Of a stretch of 64,000 nucleotides of DNA, positions 58,457-64,000 are shown piece after piece. The position numbers and the translations under genes are program-made. The stretch spans positions 2,112,001 through 2,176,000 of the forward strand of contig OY820591.1 of assembly GCA_963555985.3 (NCBI GenBank), given 5' to 3'. Position 1 is the first letter of the stretch; each line of letters starts with the position of its first letter. The DNA is from Dehalococcoidia bacterium (GTDB lineage Bacteria > Chloroflexota > Dehalococcoidia > Bin125). The notes under the pieces are model-generated. The model was given only the letters and a program-made list of their open reading frames with translations, was not told the origin of the DNA and did not search any database.

Positions 58457-59879
58457 GGACGCCCCCAAAAACTCTCCCCCTGCATCGCGGGGGGAGATGT
58501 CACGAAGTGACAGAGGGAGGTCCGCCCGCACACTGATCGCGCGACCGGCACGCCAACACAAGCACAAAGCCGGATGGGCCGCAAACGGCCTTTCTCCCCA
58601 ACCAGCACCTTCGGCAGCATCGCAGCCGCCCCGAGCCGACAGCCGCGAAACGCGCCTCTTCGGCTACCACCTGCGAACGTTCGACTCCTTCCGCGAACCC
58701 GCCTTCACCTGGTTCTTCGTCTCCACGCTGGGGCAGATGTACTCCGCCATCGGCCAGATGTTTGTCCGCTCCTTCCTCGTCTACGAACTCACCGGCTCCT
58801 ACGCCGCGATGGGACTAGTCGCCGTCGCCGGAGCCGTCCCCCAATTCTTGCTCGGACCCTACGGCGGCGTCCTCGCCGACCGCTACGCCAAGAAATCCGT
58901 CACCCTCGTCTTCCAGATCGTCGGTTTCGGCAACACCTTCCTCATCGGCACCCTTGCGCTGCTGGGACTGCTGGAATTCTGGCACCTGCTCGTCTCCGGC
59001 GTCTTCCAGGGCGTCCTCGTCGCCCTCATGGTGCCCGCGCGCCAGGCAATGGTCTCCGAGATCGTCAGCCGCGAACGGATCATGAACGGCGTCGCCCTCA
59101 ACACTGCCGCCATGAACCTGATGCAGTTCACCGCGCCCCTAATCGGCGGAATCCTGCTCGCCACTGCCGGCGCCGGCGTCACCTTCTACGTCATGGCCGG
59201 CTGCTACGCCTTCGCCACACTCACCCTCCTGCCCGTCCCCCGCGTACCCGCCCAAGCCGCCGGCGGTCGCGGCGGACTCGGCGAAGCCCTGCGCGACATC
59301 GCCGACGGCTTCCGCTACATGGCCCGTCAACGCGAACTGCGCCTGATCCTGCTGCTCTCCTTTGGAGTCTCAGCGCTCGGTATGCCCTTCCAGGGGCTCC
59401 TGCCCGGATTCGTTCAAGACGCCTTCAACGCCGACTCCGCTCTGGCCAGCCTCTTCATGTCGTTCTCAGCGATCGGAGCGTTTCTGGCGGCGATGCTGAT
59501 CGCATCCTTGCGCCGCGCCGGACGCGGCAAGCTGCTCTTGGCAATGGGAGCGGTCGTCGGTGCAGCCACAATGGCCATCGCCCTCTCCCCCTGGCTCTGG
59601 CTGAGCCTGCCAATCATGATCTTCATGGGCGTCGGCCAGGCCGGACGCATGACCATGGCCTCAGCCCTAATTCAGGAACTCGCCCAACCCGCCTATCGCG
59701 GCCGCGCCATGTCCGTTCTGATGATGCAGTTCAGTCTCATGCAAGCCGGCGTCTTCATCCTCGGCATCGCCGCCGAACTGGTCGGCATCCGCGCCGCCGT
59801 CAGCGTCGTCTCACTCGTCTTGCTTGCCCTCGTCGCCCTCTTCGCGCTCGGCTCACCCACCATGCGCCGCCTACAGTGA
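58446..59879 (+). CDS. MFS transporter (start uncertain)
   Basis: GGVLADRYAKK motif A, PARQAMVSEIV, about 12 hydrophobic segments. Confidence 0.88.
   Translation: MAARDAPKNSPPASRGEMSRSDRGRSARTLIARPARQHKHKAGWAANGLSPQPAPSAASQPPRADSRETRLFGYHLRTFDSFREPAFTWFFVSTLGQMYSAIGQMFVRSFLVYELTGSYAAMGLVAVAGAVPQFLLGPYGGVLADRYAKKSVTLVFQIVGFGNTFLIGTLALLGLLEFWHLLVSGVFQGVLVALMVPARQAMVSEIVSRERIMNGVALNTAAMNLMQFTAPLIGGILLATAGAGVTFYVMAGCYAFATLTLLPVPRVPAQAAGGRGGLGEALRDIADGFRYMARQRELRLILLLSFGVSALGMPFQGLLPGFVQDAFNADSALASLFMSFSAIGAFLAAMLIASLRRAGRGKLLLAMGAVVGAATMAIALSPWLWLSLPIMIFMGVGQAGRMTMASALIQELAQPAYRGRAMSVLMMQFSLMQAGVFILGIAAELVGIRAAVSVVSLVLLALVALFALGSPTMRRLQ
58472..58520 (+). repeat. Family-B repeat
   Basis: CTCTCCCCCTGCATCGCGGGGGGAGATGTCACGAAGTGACAGAGGGAGG. 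Confidence 0.85.
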
Positions 59880-59943
59880 TCCAGCTACCCTCTGTGAGCG
59901 CTCACCCGTCGAACCGGAAGCGATAGCCGAAAGAGAGCGACCG

Positions 59944-60378
59944 ATGATTACCTATCTCGACCACGTCGGCATTGTCGCCCACTCGCTGGAGCAGGCGGGC
60001 GAAGTCTTGGTCGACCAATTGGGACTCCAGTACGACGAAGAGCGCACTCCCTTCCCAGACGGCGGCTACTTCGCCCCCGAACGCACGCAGATCTTCTTCG
60101 TCAAGGTCAATCTCGGTGAAACCAGGATCGAAATCCTCCTCCCCGAAGACGAAATCAGCGGCATCGGCAAGTTTCTCGCCCGCCGCGGCCCCGGCCTGCA
60201 CCACCTCGGCTACGGTTCCACCGACGTCGTCGGCGACACCAAGCTCTTCATGGAACGAGGCCTCCAATACATCGACTTCGGCGGCCCCATCGAAGAGATC
60301 ACCGCCTCCTTCTTCCACCCCAAGACCGCGGGCGGCATCCTCACCGAGATCGTCCCCGATCGGCGTCCCAACCGCTAG
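59944..60378 (+). CDS. VOC protein, methylmalonyl-CoA epimerase-like
   Basis: DHVGI, IEIL.P, KFL..RGPGLHH, FFHPK..GGILTE. Confidence 0.85.
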   Translation: MITYLDHVGIVAHSLEQAGEVLVDQLGLQYDEERTPFPDGGYFAPERTQIFFVKVNLGETRIEILLPEDEISGIGKFLARRGPGLHHLGYGSTDVVGDTKLFMERGLQYIDFGGPIEEITASFFHPKTAGGILTEIVPDRRPNR

Positions 60379-60405
60379 CGCGCCGGACTGATTGGCTGCG
60401 CAGCG

Positions 60406-61299
60406 ATGGCGCAGGAACGAACGCCGACCTTGCCCCGTCTCGATCAAGAGCGGCTCGCCCTCGTCCTCAGCGGCGGCGGCAACCTCGGCGTCGTCCAAGC
60501 CCCCTTCCTCGAGTATCTGATCGCGATCGGCGTCACCCCCGACCTGATCGTGGGCACCTCGGTCGGAGCCCTAAACGGCGCCTACCTTGCTTTCCACCCG
60601 CACAACATCGACGGCCTCGGCGATATCTGGCGCGCGCTCCGCGACCGGCGCTTGTGGCACCGCAACATCCTCCGCATCGGCCGCAACCTGATCGGCCAAA
60701 GAATGAGCCTCTACTCCAATCGATTCCTCCATGAACTGATCGCGCCTCACGTCACCGTTGATGAAATCTCGGCCTCGGAAATCCCGCTCTTCATCACCGC
60801 CACCAGCCTCAGCCAAGGACGAAAACACGTCTTCACCCGCGGTCCCGTCGTCGATGCCATCCTCGCTTCCTCCGCGGTCCCAGGCCTCTTCCCACCCGTC
60901 GAGATCGGCGGCGAGTGGTTCGTCGATGCCGGCGTCGCCACCGGCCTCGACCTCGAAACCGCCATCCTCCAGGGCGCTACGCAAATTCTGGCCGTCGATC
61001 TCGGCGCCGACCCTTCTCCCCATCACCCCAGCGGCCTGGTCGATCTGCTCGCCCGCTCCATGGAGATCGCCACCCAACAGCGAACCCAAGCCGAGGTCGA
61101 TCAGTTCGGCAGAGAAGCCCCCACCGTGATCTGGAGACCCGGCCTCAAAGCATCGTCAGGCACGAACTTCGCCGACGTCGATCACCTCTACGAAGCCGCC
61201 AGAGAACTCGCTCCGGCCCTGATCGAACAGTCTCGCAACCCCGACGGCAGCTGGAAAACCGGCATCTACGAAGGCGCCGTCTCCATCCGCCGCGCCTAA
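60406..61299 (+). CDS. Patatin-like phospholipase
   Basis: SGGGNLG, GTSVG, DAG (variant of DGG). Confidence 0.9.
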   Translation: MAQERTPTLPRLDQERLALVLSGGGNLGVVQAPFLEYLIAIGVTPDLIVGTSVGALNGAYLAFHPHNIDGLGDIWRALRDRRLWHRNILRIGRNLIGQRMSLYSNRFLHELIAPHVTVDEISASEIPLFITATSLSQGRKHVFTRGPVVDAILASSAVPGLFPPVEIGGEWFVDAGVATGLDLETAILQGATQILAVDLGADPSPHHPSGLVDLLARSMEIATQQRTQAEVDQFGREAPTVIWRPGLKASSGTNFADVDHLYEAARELAPALIEQSRNPDGSWKTGIYEGAVSIRRA

Positions 61300-61346
61300 A
61301 CCAAATCCCCTCTCCCCCCCGCACCGCGAAGTCCGTCCCCGCGTAA

Positions 61347-61513
61347 GGAGACCTGTGCGTAAATCAAAGATCGTCATACCTGCGCTTGCCGCGGAGCCTG
61401 TCTCCGTCCTGTGGGATATCTCGCTGTGATCTGCACCGTCGTCGCGAACACGGCGAGATTGCCGCGACGGAGCGCGGCAATGACGGAGAACATCGACTTT
61501 CGCAAAGCTCCCC
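61347..61513. mobile_element. Second copy of the REP-carrying MITE
   Basis: GGAGACCTGTGCGTAAATC ... GACTTTCGCAAAGCTCCCC around a family-A doublet; sits between CCCGCGTA and TACGCGGG. Confidence 0.7.
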
Positions 61514-61592
61514 CTACGCGGGCATGGCAGAGGCGTAACGGCCAGACCCTGCTCCTAGACTGACTCTCGCCACTTTGCAGCGGATGTCTGTC

Positions 61593-62783
61593 ATGCGCGA
61601 CCTCCGAGTCCTCGACCTCAGCCAAACCGTCGCCGGCGCATACTGCGCTCGCCTCTTCGCCGCCGCCGGCGCGCACGTCACCCTCGTCGAGCCAACCGGT
61701 GGCTCGCGCCTCCGCACCGCCCCGCCCCTCCTCAGCACTACGAAACCACCGCGCAGCGCCGCCTTCGAGTACCTCTCCGCCTGGAAGCGAGGGATCGCCC
61801 TCAGCACCAACACCCCTGAAGGCGAAACCGTGCTCGACAGCCTCCTCGATCACGCAGATCTCGTCGTCTCCTCGCTAACTGACACACCCCAGAAAATCCT
61901 CGACTTCGACCGCCGGATCCGCTCCGACCGCCCTGCCCTGATTCACGTCGTCGCCTCCTCCTACGGACTCTCCGGCCCCTGGTCGGGCTGGCGTTCGAGC
62001 GACCTCACCGATTGGGCCGTCAGCGGCTACCTCTACATCACCGGCGATCCCCAGCGCGAACCCTTGCAAGGCGCGGGGCCCTGGGCCTCATACGTCGCCG
62101 GAACCACCGCCGCCGTCGGAGCCATGGCCGCCCTCCACCACCGCCGCCAAACCGGACGCGGACAGCTCGTGGACGTCGGCGCGATGGAATCGATGGCCGC
62201 CGCCCATCAATGGAGCCTCGTCATGTGGTCCCATCAAGGCGTCGTCAAACACCGCGCCAACAACCGCCACGCCGAAGCCCACCATCCCGTCTCCCTCATG
62301 CCCTGCGCCGACGGTTGGGTCTGCATCGGCGCGCCCTCCCAGGCCCAGTGGATCAATCTCTGCATCGCCCTCGATCTACCCGAAATGGCCCACAACCCCC
62401 GCTACAGCACCTCCGGCCGACGCTACGACCTGGCCGAAGAGATCGACGCCAGCTTCGCCCCCTTCCTCATGGCCCGCACACGCAGCGAAGTCGTCAACCA
62501 CTTGCAAGCCCATCACGTCCCCGCCAGCGCCGTACTTGCCCTCGATGAGACCCTGCGCGACGAACAGCTCGAAGCGCGGGCCTATTGGGTCTACCCCGAA
62601 GACCTGGGCAGCGGCGCGCAAATGCCCGGCCTGCCCTTCCTGATGCCGTCGTCACCCCTCGAATTCAAGCCCGCGCCCAAGCTCGGCGCGGACACCGCAG
62701 CCGTCTTGACTGAGTGCGGCTTCTCCGAACAAGAGCTCATCGCCCTCGAACAGGCCGGCCTGATCGGAGTGGGACGTGCTTAG
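61593..62783 (+). CDS. CaiB/BaiF CoA-transferase (partner subunit)
   Basis: LRVLDLS, TGDPQREP, APKLGADT. The start could be 61584. Confidence 0.9.
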   Translation: MRDLRVLDLSQTVAGAYCARLFAAAGAHVTLVEPTGGSRLRTAPPLLSTTKPPRSAAFEYLSAWKRGIALSTNTPEGETVLDSLLDHADLVVSSLTDTPQKILDFDRRIRSDRPALIHVVASSYGLSGPWSGWRSSDLTDWAVSGYLYITGDPQREPLQGAGPWASYVAGTTAAVGAMAALHHRRQTGRGQLVDVGAMESMAAAHQWSLVMWSHQGVVKHRANNRHAEAHHPVSLMPCADGWVCIGAPSQAQWINLCIALDLPEMAHNPRYSTSGRRYDLAEEIDASFAPFLMARTRSEVVNHLQAHHVPASAVLALDETLRDEQLEARAYWVYPEDLGSGAQMPGLPFLMPSSPLEFKPAPKLGADTAAVLTECGFSEQELIALEQAGLIGVGRA

Positions 62784-64000
62784 CGGCGTCCGCGTGATCG
62801 AATTCGGCTACGCCTGGGCTGGGCCGCTCGTGGGACGAACCCTGGGCGATCTCGGTGCAGACGTGATCAAAATCGAGCAAAACACCGCTCGCGGCGGACC
62901 CGTCCCCGACGATCCCGAACTCCACGCCGCGCTTGCCAACTGGCAGCGCGGGACACTGCCCGAACCCACCCTGCGAGCATCTGTCTTCCCGGAGTCCGAC
63001 CCGGGCGACGATCCCTGGAACCGCGCCGGCATCTTCAACAAGCTCAATCGCAACAAGCGCAGTCTCTGCGCCGATCTCAAGTCCGAAGACGGCAAGCGCA
63101 TCTGGCGCCGCCTGGTCGAGACCGCCGATGTCGTGGTCGACAACTTCAGCCCGCGCGGTTCCCACAGCCTCGGCATCGACTACGACACCATCCGCCAGTG
63201 GAACCCGCGTATCATCTCCGTCTCTCTCACCGGCTACGGCCACACCGGACCCTTCCGGCAGCGAGTCTCCTACGGACCAATCCTCGAAGCCCACTCCGGC
63301 GCGGTCGCCGCCACCGGCTACCTCGGCGGCGGCCCCATGAAGCTGGGCCACGCCTTCCCCGACCCGGTCGGCGGACTCCACGGCGCCTTCGCCGTCCTCG
63401 CCGCCCTCTGGGAGCGCGAGCGCACCGGCGAGGGCATGTTCATCGATCTCTCCCAACTCCAGACCTACGCGGGCATAATCGGCGACCTACTCCTCCAGAC
63501 CTCGATCGAGGGCGCTCCCCAACGCCGGGGCAATCGCGGACGAGGCGTCGCCCCGCAAGGCGTCTATCCCTGTCTCTCAGAAACGCATGACGCCCGCGAC
63601 CAACTCGATATGTGGCTCGCCATCACCATCGACAGCGACGACGCCTGGCAGGGACTGAAATCCGTCCTCAAAGACGCGCGCCTAGACGATCCAACCTACG
63701 AGTCCGTGAGCGGCCGCGAGGCCGCCCACGCTCAGATCGATGCAGTCATCGCCGACTGGACATCCACGCAGAACCGCTTCGACGCCGCCGCCGCACTACA
63801 AGCCGCAGGCGTCCCCGCCGCCCCAGCCATGACCAACGCCGACCTGATCCAATCCAAACACCTCCAAGACCGAGCCTTCATCGTCGAATGGACCCAACCC
63901 GGCCTCGGCCCCTACCAATACGGCGGCTTCCCTATCCACTTCTCCAACCAACCATCCCCCGAAATGAACCCAACCCCCGCACTCGGAGCCGACAATCACC
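62776..64000 (+). CDS. CaiB/BaiF CoA-transferase, running off the window end
   Basis: GTG start, VLSGVRVIEFGYAWAGP..LGDLGADVIKIE, LNRNKRS, FPDPVGG. Absent from the ORF track because there is no stop in the window. Confidence 0.9.
   Translation, partial: MLSGVRVIEFGYAWAGPLVGRTLGDLGADVIKIEQNTARGGPVPDDPELHAALANWQRGTLPEPTLRASVFPESDPGDDPWNRAGIFNKLNRNKRSLCADLKSEDGKRIWRRLVETADVVVDNFSPRGSHSLGIDYDTIRQWNPRIISVSLTGYGHTGPFRQRVSYGPILEAHSGAVAATGYLGGGPMKLGHAFPDPVGGLHGAFAVLAALWERERTGEGMFIDLSQLQTYAGIIGDLLLQTSIEGAPQRRGNRGRGVAPQGVYPCLSETHDARDQLDMWLAITIDSDDAWQGLKSVLKDARLDDPTYESVSGREAAHAQIDAVIADWTSTQNRFDAAAALQAAGVPAAPAMTNADLIQSKHLQDRAFIVEWTQPGLGPYQYGGFPIHFSNQPSPEMNPTPALGADNH

Noticed and set aside
1-64000. tRNA, rRNA, prophage, integrase or transposase genes
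   Set aside because: None was recognised by eye; covariance-model scans were not possible.

Overview
High-GC bacterial chromosomal segment with about 55 genes. The gene content (many SDRs, LLM oxidoreductases, paired CaiB/BaiF CoA-transferases, HSL esterases, SCO1664, KorAB) suggests a Chloroflexota/Dehalococcoidia-like heterotroph; this is inference. The left end is a small defence patch: a frameshifted RelE, an Abi-like protein and a single-chain Type IIG-like R-M enzyme. No rRNA, tRNA, CRISPR array, integrase or transposase was recognised. The main oddities are: (1) a DUF559 nuclease gene bracketed by inverted copies of a double-hairpin repeat that is also scattered as solo copies; (2) nested CGTC-type palindromes and IS5-like MITEs, one with a clear 4-bp target duplication; (3) arrays of 10-bp-phased repeats, one inside a MITE and one inside pepN; (4) a ~55-aa extracellular module I do not recognise, present six times in five secreted proteins, four of them tandem, apparently three-lobed sugar-binding-like proteins with no permease; (5) a J-domain/flavin-reductase fusion. 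All family calls come from motif recognition by eye, not from database searches.
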